Shown: positions 28,631-38,662, counted from the first letter of the stretch. The stretch: DNA of 64,000 bases from Vulcanimicrobiales bacterium (GCA_038231455.1 JBBRLI010000017.1:1-64000); one strand, 5' to 3'. The notes: generated from the letters alone by a model not told the origin. Made by a program: numbers and translations.

Positions 28631-29107
28631 ATCATCATCGGCCAGCACGCTCTGCGCACCCAATCCCGGCGCGGTCTCATCGTTGCGATCCTTGCTACGG
28701 TCGCAATCGCCGCGATCACAAACAGCGCGCTTCAGTTCTTCGGCCTGAGTCAGCCGGCCGGCGAACGCTGGCCGGCGTTTGCGCCGCGCGGGCCGGTCAT
28801 CGGGATCGTCTGGATCGCGCTCTTTGCCGGAATGGGAGCCGCGCTTTGGCTAGCAACGAGCAGGCGCGCGATCGTCGGACTCATCGCCCTGTGTCTTGCG
28901 TATCCGTTTTACACGCACGTCATCGGCAATCACGCAACCGAACTCATCGGGAACCTCATCACCTTCGTTTATTGCGCGTGGCTCATCACCGTTGTACGCA
29001 GCGAATCGCGCCTCGCCGCCCTGCTGATCGCAGCCGTCGCTGCGTGGATCATTTTTGCCACGGCACTCGTGATCGGTCTCGTCCAACTCAACGGCTGGGC
29101 CACCTAA
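28631..29107 (+). CDS. tspO: TspO/MBR family membrane protein (start codon non-canonical or uncertain)
   Basis: WPAFAPRGPVIGIVWIALF..MG.A.WL TspO motif lies in frame upstream of the track ATG (28832). There is no ATG/GTG/TTG between the TGA at 28598 and 28832. Confidence 0.7.
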   Translation: MIIGQHALRTQSRRGLIVAILATVAIAAITNSALQFFGLSQPAGERWPAFAPRGPVIGIVWIALFAGMGAALWLATSRRAIVGLIALCLAYPFYTHVIGNHATELIGNLITFVYCAWLITVVRSESRLAALLIAAVAAWIIFATALVIGLVQLNGWAT

Positions 29108-29119
29108 GCCGCGCGGATC

Positions 29120-29506
29120 TTACGGCGCGGGCGCATCCTCGGGCAGACTTGCCCAGGCATGCAACTGCGCGAGAATCGGAAAGAGCGAACGCGCCTTGCC
29201 GTTCGCGACGTACTCGACGCGCGGTGGGACTTCGGCATACACGGTACGACGCACGAGACCATCGGCTTCGAGCGCACGCAGGGCTGAGGTCAGCACTTTC
29301 TGGCTAATCGTGCCGAGTGCACGCTGCAGTTCCTTAAAACGAAGAACATCGTGTCGCGCAAGCTCGATGAGGATGAGCAGCTTCCACTTATCCGCGATCA
29401 TCCCGATCGCGTTTTGCGATGGGCAATGCTCTGCCGAATAACGCACATCCGTGATGTCGGTGAGGGGCGCGTCCTCAGACGCGGTCGCGACGGGGGTGCT
29501 CTCCAT
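29120..29506 (-). CDS. HxlR/DUF24 winged-helix regulator
   Basis: CP......I.DKW, RF.EL, ISQKVLT..LR.LE.DGLV.R.VY.EVPPRVEY. Confidence 0.93.
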   Translation of the reverse strand: MESTPVATASEDAPLTDITDVRYSAEHCPSQNAIGMIADKWKLLILIELARHDVLRFKELQRALGTISQKVLTSALRALEADGLVRRTVYAEVPPRVEYVANGKARSLFPILAQLHAWASLPEDAPAP

Positions 29507-29562
29507 AGGGCCTCAAACGGGCAGGACGCCGGTGCGGTTTCAGTCCGGCGCCCCTCCGCCCC

Positions 29563-30108
29563 TTACTTTTGGAGGATCGCCTGAATGCTCAGCTCGATCT
29601 TGACGTCTTCGCCGATCACCACACCGCCCGCTTCGAGGGGAGCGTTCCACACAAGACCGTAGTCTTTGCGGTTGATTGTCGTCGTCGCCGAGAACGCGAT
29701 GCGGGAGTTGCCGTACAGATCGACTGCGGCGCCGTCGTACGTCGTGTCGAGTTGAACGGATTTGGTCACGCCATGGAACGTGAGATCGCCCGTGATGTTG
29801 AGGTGGTCGGCGCTGCCGCTGACCGACGTCGAGCGGAACGTCATATGCGGGTGCTTCGCAATGTCGAGGAAGTCCGGTGACTTGAGGTGACCGTCGCGCT
29901 GTTCTTCATGCGTATCGACAGTTGAGGCGTCAATCGTCACGTCGATCTCGCTCGGTACGGTGGAACCTTCCGGGACGAAAATCGTGCCCGACACGCCGCT
30001 GAAGCGGCCGCGGACTTTCGAGAACATGAGGTGCCGTGCGATAAATTCGACGCTGGTATGCGCCGGATCGATTTGATAGGTCGCGCGGTTTGCAGTTGAA
30101 GTGCTCAA
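29563..30108 (-). CDS. yceI: YceI family lipid/polyisoprenoid-binding protein
   Basis: ID.AHT.V.F...H, RD.HL.S.DF, G.LT.HGVTK, INRKDYGL.WN. Confidence 0.92.
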   Translation of the reverse strand: MSTSTANRATYQIDPAHTSVEFIARHLMFSKVRGRFSGVSGTIFVPEGSTVPSEIDVTIDASTVDTHEEQRDGHLKSPDFLDIAKHPHMTFRSTSVSGSADHLNITGDLTFHGVTKSVQLDTTYDGAAVDLYGNSRIAFSATTTINRKDYGLVWNAPLEAGGVVIGEDVKIELSIQAILQK

Positions 30109-30117
30109 GACAGTCTC

Positions 30118-30774
30118 CTAGTTGTAGTGGTGTGGTCGATTAAGAGAAAATTGAAGTGCCAGCCACGAGCCGAGGTCGCTCAGCTCGTCACTGGAAATCG
30201 AATGACCATTTGGGTACGTGCGCTGCGTGAGATCGGCCCCGCTGACGTCGCGCAAATAGGCGGACGATCGGGCGATCAGGTCGCTCGGAATGACGTCATC
30301 CGCAGCGCCGGTACCATACAGGACGGGGACATCCGTCAAACGTCCCGCGAGGGTTGGCTGACCGGCATCGAATGGCAACGTCCCGTGTAAGAGCGCGGCA
30401 CCCGCAAAGCGCTCGGGATTCTCGAGGATGAGGCCGCCCGCCATCGCCGCCCCGGCGCTGAAGCCGACGAGCCAGATTTCTTCCGCGTCACCCGCGTGGT
30501 TATCGAGAAAGTCGTGGACGTAATCGATCGACGCGGCAAGGGACTCTGCGACCGGACGGCCGACGCCGCGGTTTTCAAACCACGTGAAGCCGCTCCCCAG
30601 GGCCAGCGGCGCGCGCAGCGATGCGATGTGCGCGGAGGTCGGCAGATGATCGGCGAGGGCGAAGAGATCGTCTTCATCGGACCCGCGACCGTGCAGCAAG
30701 ACGATGAGCGCGGACTGCGCGCCGCAAACTTCTCCACAGCGCCAACGGGCGACCGGCGCGACATCGGATCTCAT
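30118..30774 (-). CDS. phospholipase/carboxylesterase (alpha/beta hydrolase)
   Basis: LLHGRGSDE, GFSAG nucleophile elbow, D.VI, GH.IS. Confidence 0.88.
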   Translation of the reverse strand: MRSDVAPVARWRCGEVCGAQSALIVLLHGRGSDEDDLFALADHLPTSAHIASLRAPLALGSGFTWFENRGVGRPVAESLAASIDYVHDFLDNHAGDAEEIWLVGFSAGAAMAGGLILENPERFAGAALLHGTLPFDAGQPTLAGRLTDVPVLYGTGAADDVIPSDLIARSSAYLRDVSGADLTQRTYPNGHSISSDELSDLGSWLALQFSLNRPHHYN

Positions 30775-30812
30775 GCGGCCATGCTAGTCGACTTCCGGGC
30801 GAAGCGGAAGAC

Positions 30813-30849
30813 GGCACCAAAAAGTGCCCCGGTTACCCCGCGGTAACCG
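30813..30849. promoter_or_regulatory. putative HxlR operator pair upstream of esterase-yceI-hxlR
   Basis: GGCAC-caaaaa-GTGCC (30813-30828) and CGGTTACC-ccgc-GGTAACCG (30830-30849). Confidence 0.5.
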
Positions 30850-30933
30850 CCGAGGTACCTTCATCCAACCCTCAGGCTCGATGTGCGCTGGAAGCCTTGT
30901 AGGATTTCTCGGATTCACCGATGATAGGCGAGT

Positions 30934-31938
30934 ATGAATCCAACAGCTCGCCCGGTTGGTCACGGGATCCAGCCGCTTGTCGAAGCCGTCCTTTCCGCAG
31001 GTGGAAACCCCGAGGCGATTCGCACCGCCGCGTGGCATGCGGCTTGGGCACGCGGATACGATGACGTGATTATTCCCGCCGTCGAACTCGGGTTACGAGC
31101 CGAAGGATTCCTGATCGTCGTGCAGCCGATCGGCGAAGCGCGATTCGCCGCGGTTGTCGATACGGGCTCGCAGCTGTGGGCAATTAACGTCGCGGGCCAC
31201 GCGCCGCCGGCTGGCTCGCGCGTACGCGTCGCACCTTCAAATCACGACATCAGTGGTGCGTGGGACGCAAAAGTTCTCGACGCGCTCACGCTCGGTTTTC
31301 ACGTTGCCTTCGAACAACGCACGTCGAGTCCCGACGTGCGTTGGATGCAGCCTCTCAAAGAGGCGATGCACCGCGTGCGCGATTCTGAGACGCATCGCCG
31401 CCGGGCGATCGATCATTCGCGCTCGATCTTACCGACGATCGAGGTCGTACCCTCAGTGCACGATCTGCTCGCGACGATGCAAGAAGAACTGCGCGAACGC
31501 ATCAAAGTCGAAACCGCTCCGACCTCCGCGGAGCGCGCACGCTTCGAGCGTGCAAACGCCAAGGAGCGCGAAAAAATTGCTGCCGAGAATAACCACACGC
31601 GCGCGAAGCGCTTCGAAGAGGAAGCGGGCAAACTCCAGGCGTCGGTCCCCGAAGTTCTCGCCGCGCGCGAAGCCAAGATTGCCCGAAACGAAGAGACGCG
31701 GGTTGCGATCCAGCGTCTCGAGGACGTCACCACCCGAAGCCGGGCGATCACGGAGCGAACGCACCACCTCGACCGCCACCTCGAGGCGATCGCAAATTCG
31801 AACCTCCATGTCGGTGTCGAGAACGACGTGTGTGCGAATATTACCGAGGAGGTCGCCTTCCACGAGGTGGCCCGGAATATCGAGCTCCTGCACGCGCTCA
31901 TCCCGAGCCATCAGGAGAAAACCGCCCCGCGCGGCTAG
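30934..31938 (+). CDS. hypothetical protein with C-terminal coiled coil
   Basis: 334-aa ORF with host-like codon usage and an E/R/A-rich helical C-half. Confidence 0.7.
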   Translation: MNPTARPVGHGIQPLVEAVLSAGGNPEAIRTAAWHAAWARGYDDVIIPAVELGLRAEGFLIVVQPIGEARFAAVVDTGSQLWAINVAGHAPPAGSRVRVAPSNHDISGAWDAKVLDALTLGFHVAFEQRTSSPDVRWMQPLKEAMHRVRDSETHRRRAIDHSRSILPTIEVVPSVHDLLATMQEELRERIKVETAPTSAERARFERANAKEREKIAAENNHTRAKRFEEEAGKLQASVPEVLAAREAKIARNEETRVAIQRLEDVTTRSRAITERTHHLDRHLEAIANSNLHVGVENDVCANITEEVAFHEVARNIELLHALIPSHQEKTAPRG

Positions 31939-31980
31939 TCTCCCGAGGAAAAACCGGCCATTTTACCGCATTTTCGCAAG

Positions 31981-32160
31981 ATGGCCGCCAAACGTAAAAT
32001 CGCCCCGCCCAAGCCCGACCCGAACCGTTCGTGGTCCGAACTCACCAAAGCCGAGCAGAGCGCGCACTACGCGCAAGCCCTCCATGCCTACAACAATGGC
32101 ACCGGGGAGAACCCCAAAACGCTCGGTCAGTTCTCCGCCCAAAAGGCGCAGTCCAAGTAG
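31981..32160 (+). CDS. small basic hypothetical protein (59 aa, below the ORF-track cutoff)
   Basis: ATG..TAG: MAAKRKIAPPKPDPNRSWSELTKAEQSAHYAQALHAYNNGTGENPKTLGQFSAQKAQSK; third codon positions are mostly C/G. Confidence 0.55.
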   Translation: MAAKRKIAPPKPDPNRSWSELTKAEQSAHYAQALHAYNNGTGENPKTLGQFSAQKAQSK

Positions 32161-32416
32161 CGACCGAGGCGCAGCCGCTGGTGCGAACGCTCAACGCGCT
32201 CGCAAAATCGCCGCAATTCACCTATGTTCAGGCACGCGCAACCGCGCGTAAAGACAAGAATGTCGATTGGACGCGCACGAAATCGCTCAACACCGATTTC
32301 AATGCCGATGTCGACGGGTGCGAATCGTTCGTGATGAACGACGGAAGCGTCTGCGAATGGATGTCGGCGAGCTACGCCTACGTTGCCCGCGGCTAAAACT
32401 TTCGGAACGAGCGTTT

Positions 32417-33361
32417 ATGATTGCAACGGAGTCCACCCAGCGTCGCTTCCTCGCCGAACGGTCCGGCTACCGGATCGTTCCGCACGCGGATCACGCGCGG
32501 CTCTACCATATCGTGCCGAGCACGGCTGCACTTGCGGCCTTTTTCGCATCGGTCCGCGACGTCAACGCGCAGCGCCTCGAATACGTCCCGTATATGCGTT
32601 TCATCATGGCGCAGCGGCTCGAAGCAGCGCTTGGCGCGGGCCTACGCGATGACGTCATCGCAATCGTCCGCGACCGTGAATCGGGCGGTTTCACAATTGG
32701 CCTCGAGGGCACGACGACCGCTGCCGATGACTATGTGAAGTTCGCTACGGCCGTGAGCTATTTACTGGGTCCCTCGAACTTCGATGCGATGTCCGGTACG
32801 TTTTACGCGCGCTTCGAGGTCAAGCATACCGACGAGAGCGATTCGTACCTCCGCCAGGCGTATCGTACGATGACGCTGCACACGGACGGAACCTACGTCG
32901 ACGAACAGACCGACTGGCTCTTGATGATGAAGTTTGCCGAGCAGCACGCCGTCGGCGGTGAGACGCGGATCCTGCATCTCGACGATTGGGACGCGCTGCG
33001 CGAGTTCAGCGACCATCCGCTCGCAACGCACATTTTTACGTATAAATCACCGCCGAGCAAAAACGTCGGGATCATCATGCACCGTCCGACATTCTTTCAG
33101 GTCGACGGCCGTCCGTGCATCTCGTACATCGACCAGTTCGTCTATCCCGAAACGGTTTCCGAGGGCGTTTATCTCGATGCAATGACGGAGTCGATGGAAG
33201 CGGCGAGCGGCACCACCGCCGTGCCGCTACCGGTCGGCGACCTCATCGTGCTCAATAACATCTTCTGGCTACACGGCCGCGCGGCATTCGAGGTCGATCC
33301 GCAGTTGCATCGCGAGCTGCTCCGCCAGCGCGGCTATTTTTCGCCATCGTGCGACGGTTAA
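32417..33361 (+). CDS. glaH: glutarate 2-hydroxylase / carbon starvation induced protein CsiD (Fe/2OG dioxygenase)
   Basis: LEY.P.MRF, N.DAMSG..YARF.V...D.SDSYLRQ.Y, LHTDG (HxD), LMMK, NN.FWLHGR. Confidence 0.9.
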   Translation: MIATESTQRRFLAERSGYRIVPHADHARLYHIVPSTAALAAFFASVRDVNAQRLEYVPYMRFIMAQRLEAALGAGLRDDVIAIVRDRESGGFTIGLEGTTTAADDYVKFATAVSYLLGPSNFDAMSGTFYARFEVKHTDESDSYLRQAYRTMTLHTDGTYVDEQTDWLLMMKFAEQHAVGGETRILHLDDWDALREFSDHPLATHIFTYKSPPSKNVGIIMHRPTFFQVDGRPCISYIDQFVYPETVSEGVYLDAMTESMEAASGTTAVPLPVGDLIVLNNIFWLHGRAAFEVDPQLHRELLRQRGYFSPSCDG

Positions 33362-33382
33362 CGGCTTGGCTGCGTTTTACGA

Positions 33383-34327
33383 GTGATGAAACGAATCTTC
33401 GCCGCGCTCGTCGTTACGGGCTCGACCCTGATCACCGCTCTTGCCGGCCAAGCGGCAGAGCCCGCAGCAACGGCGGCAAAAACGCCTACCGCGGCAAAAG
33501 CAACGCCGGTCGCGAAAAAGCACTACATGACAAAAGCCGAGATCGCCGCGGCGCAAGCGCGCCTGCATGACGCGGCTCCGGCAGACGCGTATTTTGGGCA
33601 TCTTAAATTCAGCTACATCGGGATCAACAACACGTTTCGCGATGCAATGCGCCTGTCTGGCGATTCGACGACGTCGGCTGCGATCGCGAGCAAGGTCGAT
33701 GCTGCTGATGAGGCGCTGCACGACTTTGCCACGCGCTACCCGCGCGATTCCGCGCTCGCGCAATCGTACTTCCTGGCATCGCGCGCCGAGAAGAAAGTTT
33801 GGATTCAGCGCAATCAAGAACGCTCCACCGTGTACCTGAAATTGCTCGTTTCACGATACGGTGATTCGTATTTCGGGAAGTTAACCAAGAAAGATATCGC
33901 GGGCGGCATCACCGAGCACTGGTACGCGACGGCGGTCGCCTGCGCGACGCCGGAACCGACACTCGCGCCGACTGCATCCCCCGAAGCTACCGCGATCCCG
34001 AGTGCAACACCGCAGCCCAAGCGCGGTCGCTCCACGCCATCACCGACACCCTCGCCGGCGGTGAATAGTCCGACCCCAAGCCCCACACCGACGCCGATGC
34101 CGACGCCTCAACTGACCTCAGCGCCGGACGGCACGAAGATCGTAATTCTCCCCGCACCGTGCATCCCCGCGCCGACACCCGCTGCAACGGCGTCGCCGCT
34201 TGCGACGCCATCGCCGCTGACGACCGGCTCTTCCATTGCGCCGACAACGACCGGATCGCCGAGTGCGGCCGCGTCCGCAACGCCGGCGACCCCCGCACCG
34301 ACAAAATCTGCGCATCCGCAGGAATGA
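33383..34327 (+). CDS. exported protein with a long Pro/Thr/Ala-rich C-terminal tail
   Basis: Signal peptide, APAD.YFG..K.S..GI.N, YP.D helical domain, low-complexity PT repeats. Confidence 0.8.
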   Translation: MMKRIFAALVVTGSTLITALAGQAAEPAATAAKTPTAAKATPVAKKHYMTKAEIAAAQARLHDAAPADAYFGHLKFSYIGINNTFRDAMRLSGDSTTSAAIASKVDAADEALHDFATRYPRDSALAQSYFLASRAEKKVWIQRNQERSTVYLKLLVSRYGDSYFGKLTKKDIAGGITEHWYATAVACATPEPTLAPTASPEATAIPSATPQPKRGRSTPSPTPSPAVNSPTPSPTPTPMPTPQLTSAPDGTKIVILPAPCIPAPTPAATASPLATPSPLTTGSSIAPTTTGSPSAAASATPATPAPTKSAHPQE

Positions 34328-34398
34328 AAAACTGAGAGAACTCTGAGCCGATAGTCGGCCGAAGGCACGTATCGCTCGAACGCGAATTTGCCGCGCCT

Positions 34399-36288
34399 AT
34401 GCATCGATTCTTTTTCGCCGTTCGACTTTTCACGTTCGCTCTGATCGCCTGCGTCACGACCGCCGCCGCCCACGCTGAGACGACACAAACGCTGACCATG
34501 CGTGTCGATACCACGCGCGCGGTACAAGGCTTACTCGACGTTCATGAAACGATCGCCGTGCAACCGGGTCCGCTCACCCTCGTCTATCCGAAGTGGATTC
34601 CTGGCGAACACGGTCCGAACGGGCCGATTGCCAACGTCGCGGATCTCGCGATCAGCGCGGGCTCGACGCGACTTGCGTGGACGCGCGACAACGTCGATCT
34701 CTTCGCCTATCACGTCGACGTGCCGGCCGGCATAACGATGCTGAACGTCGACTTCACGTTTCTTGGCGGTCCGGGCGGAAACGGCAGCAGTGGCCGACTC
34801 TCCACGCCGACGATGCTTACGCTGGAGTGGAATAAAGTTGCGCTCGCACCAAAACACGACGATCAGAAGAACGTCATCATCACGCCCTCAATTCATCTCC
34901 CATCGGCTGATTGGAAGTATGCAACGGCGCTCGAGACGACTGCAGCAAACGGCGCGGACATCACGTTCGCACCGGTGACGATCGAGATGCTGATCGACTC
35001 TCCGCTCGATGCCGGCGTCTTCTCGCGCACGTTCGATTTAGGCACGTGGGATAATGCGACGGTCACGCTTGCTACGTTCGCCGATACCCAAGACGAACTC
35101 GCGGCCAGCGACAAAACGGTCACGAAATTTAAGAATCTCGTGACGCAAATGCACGCGCTCTACGGCAATCGTCACTTCAAACATTATACGTTCTTGCTCA
35201 CGCTGAGCGACGAGATGCCGGGTGAAGGCCTGGAACACCATCAGTCCAGCGACAACGGCACGGCCGGCGACTTCCTCACAAGCGAACCGGCACTTGCCGG
35301 AAACGGCGACCTGCTCGCACACGAATTCAATCACTCGTGGGACGGCAAATTTCGGCGACCGGCCGAGATGTCGACGGCGAACCTCTCCGCACCGATGATC
35401 GACGGACTCCTCTGGGTGTACGAGGGTATGACGCAGTTCTACGGCGAGCTTCAAGCCGAACGCGCGGGTCTGCGTACCGAGCAACAGTGGCTCGACGGAC
35501 TTGCAAGCACGTACGCACGCCTCGACTCCGCGCCCGGGCGCCGTACCGCATCCGTCACCGATACGGCGACGGCCTCATCGATTCGCCGGAATTTCCCGTC
35601 GTGGTCCGCCGAACGCCGCAGCCAAGATTACTACGTGGAAGGCGAGCTGATGTGGCTTGAAGCCGACGTGCTCATCCACAAACTCTCCGGCGGCAAGAAG
35701 TCGCTCGACGACATGGCGCGCTCGTTCTTCGGGACGGGCAAGAACACCGACGCCTTCGTCATGCCGTATACGCGCGATGATGTCATTGCCGCGCTGAACG
35801 CCGTGCAGCCCTACGATTGGAAATCGTTCCTCGCATCGCGTATGGACGCGATCCAAATCCATCCGCCGAATGCTTTCGCCGACTCCGGCTACGCACTGGT
35901 TTGGAAAGACACGCAATCCGCGTTTGCGAAATTGCAGAGCGGTCAGCGCAAGTCGCTCGACATGTGGTGGTCGCTCGGCATCCAAGCGCGTCGCGACGGC
36001 ACCATCACGGACGTTCTCACCGATTCGCCCGCGGGTCGCGCAGGCGTCGGCCCCGGTCTCAAAATCGTCGCGATCAACGATCGCACGCTCAAAGATCAAG
36101 ACCAGATCGATTCGGCTCTCCGGTCCGCCAAAAGTGGCACGCCGGTGCGCATCCTCGTCACTGGCGGCGACGTTTATCGCACCGTCACGCTCGATTATCG
36201 CGGCGGCCCGCGCTATCCGCACCTCGAGCGCGTCGCGAACACTCCCGACGTCTTGGGAATTTTCGCAAAACCCCTCGCAACACCGTAA
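34399..36288 (+). CDS. M61 family (glycyl) aminopeptidase with PDZ domain
   Basis: PKWIPG, DSP, GLEH..S, HEFNHSW, LWVYEG.T.Y, C-terminal PDZ. Confidence 0.93.
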   Translation: MHRFFFAVRLFTFALIACVTTAAAHAETTQTLTMRVDTTRAVQGLLDVHETIAVQPGPLTLVYPKWIPGEHGPNGPIANVADLAISAGSTRLAWTRDNVDLFAYHVDVPAGITMLNVDFTFLGGPGGNGSSGRLSTPTMLTLEWNKVALAPKHDDQKNVIITPSIHLPSADWKYATALETTAANGADITFAPVTIEMLIDSPLDAGVFSRTFDLGTWDNATVTLATFADTQDELAASDKTVTKFKNLVTQMHALYGNRHFKHYTFLLTLSDEMPGEGLEHHQSSDNGTAGDFLTSEPALAGNGDLLAHEFNHSWDGKFRRPAEMSTANLSAPMIDGLLWVYEGMTQFYGELQAERAGLRTEQQWLDGLASTYARLDSAPGRRTASVTDTATASSIRRNFPSWSAERRSQDYYVEGELMWLEADVLIHKLSGGKKSLDDMARSFFGTGKNTDAFVMPYTRDDVIAALNAVQPYDWKSFLASRMDAIQIHPPNAFADSGYALVWKDTQSAFAKLQSGQRKSLDMWWSLGIQARRDGTITDVLTDSPAGRAGVGPGLKIVAINDRTLKDQDQIDSALRSAKSGTPVRILVTGGDVYRTVTLDYRGGPRYPHLERVANTPDVLGIFAKPLATP

Positions 36289-36330
36289 AGGCGGAAGTCC
36301 AAGGGCGGTTGATCGGAGAAGTCTTACCGG

Positions 36331-38058
36331 ATGGAAACCGACCAACCCGCCCCCGACGGCTTTGCCGCGCTTGGGCTCAATCCCGCGCTGCTTGCCGAAC
36401 TCACCGCGCTTGGCTACGAAGAGCCGACCGCAATTCAGCGCGAGGCGATTCCGCCGCTGATCGCCGGGCGCGACGTGCTCGGACAGGCCGCGACCGGCAC
36501 CGGTAAGACCGCTGCATTCGCGTTGCCCCTTATTCACCGTATCGGCATGGCGACCGATGCTAAACGCGTCGTGCGCGGACTTATTCTCGTCCCGACGCGC
36601 GAACTTGCGATGCAAGTCGCTGAGGCCGTTCATCGCTACGGCAAAGCACTCGACGTACGCGTGCTACCGATTTACGGCGGCCAGTCCGTCGTGCAACAGT
36701 TACGCGCGCTCCAACGCGGCGTCGACGTTATCGTCGCAACCCCGGGCCGCGCCCTCGATCACATCCGCCGCGGAACGCTGCATCTCGAAGGCGTCGAATC
36801 CGTCGTGCTCGATGAAGCCGATGAAATGCTCGACATGGGATTCGCCGACGAACTCGATGCGATTCTCGCCGAGGTTCCGGAGAAACGCCAAACCGCACTC
36901 TTCTCCGCCACGATGGCACGCCGAATTCTCGAAATTTCCAAACGTCATCTGCACGATCCGGTACGCGTGACGATCGAGCGCGAGAAAATTGCGCCCGGCG
37001 CGACCGCACGCGTCCGCGAAGTCGCCTACGTCGTACAGCGCCAGCACAAAGCAGCAGCTCTTGCGCGCGTGCTCGACATGGAAAATCCCACGTCGGCGAT
37101 CGTCTTCTGCCGCACGCGCGTCGAAGTCGATCAACTCACCGAAACGCTCGGCGGACGCGGCTACGGGGCCGAACCTCTGCACGGCGGTCTTTCGCAAGAA
37201 CAGCGCGACCGCGTGCTACGCCGCTTCCGCGACGGCGTCTCCGAACTGCTCGTTGCAACCGACGTCGCCGCGCGCGGCCTCGACATCGATCACGTCTCGC
37301 ACGTCGTCAACTTCGATGTGCCCTCATCACCCGATGCCTACGTGCATCGCATCGGCCGCACCGGCCGCGCCGGACGCGAAGGCGTTGCAATCACGCTTGC
37401 CGAGGCCCGCGAACACCGCTTGCTCCGCAACATCGAGTTCCACACCAAACGCAAGATCGCAACGCAGGCGGTGCCGACCGTGCACGATCTCCGCGCACGC
37501 CGTCTGGAACTCACCAAAGCCGCACTTGAAGAAGCGATCGAAAGCGGCGGCCTTGAGACCTATCGCCGCGTTGTCGAATCGCTCGCAAACGAACACGACT
37601 TGATCGACCTTGCAGCGGCTGCCGTGAAGATCGCAGATATGGCGCGCGATGGCGCGGCCGATACCGAAGAGATCCCAGCGGTTCACTTACCGAGCGAACG
37701 TCCGTTCAATCCGAATCCGGCGGGCGGCGGCATGCGCCTGCGGCCGACGCGCATCGAACCGCGCCCGCATTCGAACCTCAACGAGAGCGGACCGGCGCGG
37801 AAACGCGGCGATTCGACTGGCATGACGAAGATCTACATCGGTGTCGGTCGCGGAGACGGTGTGCGTCCGGGCGATCTCGTCGGCGCGATCGCCAACGAAG
37901 CACACATCAATTCACGCGAAATCGGTGCGATCAATATCACCGATAAGTTCTCACTCGTCGAAGTCGCCGAGCAAATGGCCGACGACGTGATCTTGGCCCT
38001 GCGCGGGACAACGATTCGCGGCAAGAAAGTCAACGCGCGCCTCGATAAAATGAACTAG
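36331..38058 (+). CDS. deaD: DEAD-box RNA helicase with DbpA RNA-binding domain
   Basis: ATGTGKT, PTRELA, DEAD, SAT, ARGLD, HRIGRTGR; C-terminal GR.DGVRPGDLVGAIANE. Confidence 0.93.
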   Translation: METDQPAPDGFAALGLNPALLAELTALGYEEPTAIQREAIPPLIAGRDVLGQAATGTGKTAAFALPLIHRIGMATDAKRVVRGLILVPTRELAMQVAEAVHRYGKALDVRVLPIYGGQSVVQQLRALQRGVDVIVATPGRALDHIRRGTLHLEGVESVVLDEADEMLDMGFADELDAILAEVPEKRQTALFSATMARRILEISKRHLHDPVRVTIEREKIAPGATARVREVAYVVQRQHKAAALARVLDMENPTSAIVFCRTRVEVDQLTETLGGRGYGAEPLHGGLSQEQRDRVLRRFRDGVSELLVATDVAARGLDIDHVSHVVNFDVPSSPDAYVHRIGRTGRAGREGVAITLAEAREHRLLRNIEFHTKRKIATQAVPTVHDLRARRLELTKAALEEAIESGGLETYRRVVESLANEHDLIDLAAAAVKIADMARDGAADTEEIPAVHLPSERPFNPNPAGGGMRLRPTRIEPRPHSNLNESGPARKRGDSTGMTKIYIGVGRGDGVRPGDLVGAIANEAHINSREIGAINITDKFSLVEVAEQMADDVILALRGTTIRGKKVNARLDKMN

Positions 38059-38237
38059 GGCGCTTGCTCCGTCGCATCGATCGCCGGAGCGGGCGCTGCG
38101 GCGCGCTCCAGGTAGAGCCGCTCGACGAGCAGGCGGACTTCGCGGTCGATCGCGGCGGAGACGTTTGCGTCATCGCCGACGAGGCCGCGTAATTCCTCGA
38201 TAAGGTCGCGGTCAAGACGAATACGGATACTTGGCAT
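38055..38237 (-). CDS. small ribbon-helix-helix-like protein
   Basis: Alternating SIRIRLD strand followed by two helices (NVSAAI..EV). Confidence 0.5.
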   Translation of the reverse strand: MPSIRIRLDRDLIEELRGLVGDDANVSAAIDREVRLLVERLYLERAAAPAPAIDATEQAP

Positions 38238-38261
38238 CCGCCTAGTGTAGCATGCCGCGAC

Positions 38262-38591
38262 CTACGGGTCGATACGCGGCAGTTGCTTTGCCGTCGAGGC
38301 CCGCACCTCGGGCATGAAGTGTTCGGGGCGCATCACGTACACATCGGAAATGGTGACGATCCCCGAGCGTTCTTTGATCACCGGCATAATGAGATCGAGG
38401 ATCGCTTCCATGTGGTCGTCCGTGACGACCGTGACGATCAAGGTCATGTGACCGTCGCGAAAGCCGTGTTCTCCGAAGCCCGTGACGTTCGGTACCACCG
38501 AATATCCCGTCGCGTGCGCTTCGATGAGTTTGAGGACCTCATCGCGCTGCGCGGTTTCGAGCGCAATCTCCATGCGCTTCATTTTGCTCAT
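38262..38591 (-). CDS. PII-like protein (DUF190/SbtB-like, short T-loop)
   Basis: MKRMEI, TGYSV...V.G.G..G, GIVTISDV.V.R...F. Confidence 0.8.
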   Translation of the reverse strand: MSKMKRMEIALETAQRDEVLKLIEAHATGYSVVPNVTGFGEHGFRDGHMTLIVTVVTDDHMEAILDLIMPVIKERSGIVTISDVYVMRPEHFMPEVRASTAKQLPRIDP

Positions 38592-38662
38592 AATCCGCGG
38601 TTTACGCATTCGTATCTCCCGGAAGAACGTTGCCTTGGTTTAGCCGGAATCGCACCGGGAAC

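Noticed and set aside
33940-34320. Possible tandem repeat or CRISPR-like array
   Set aside because: Low-complexity Pro/Thr/Ala coding sequence; no fixed-length repeat-spacer structure and no cas genes.
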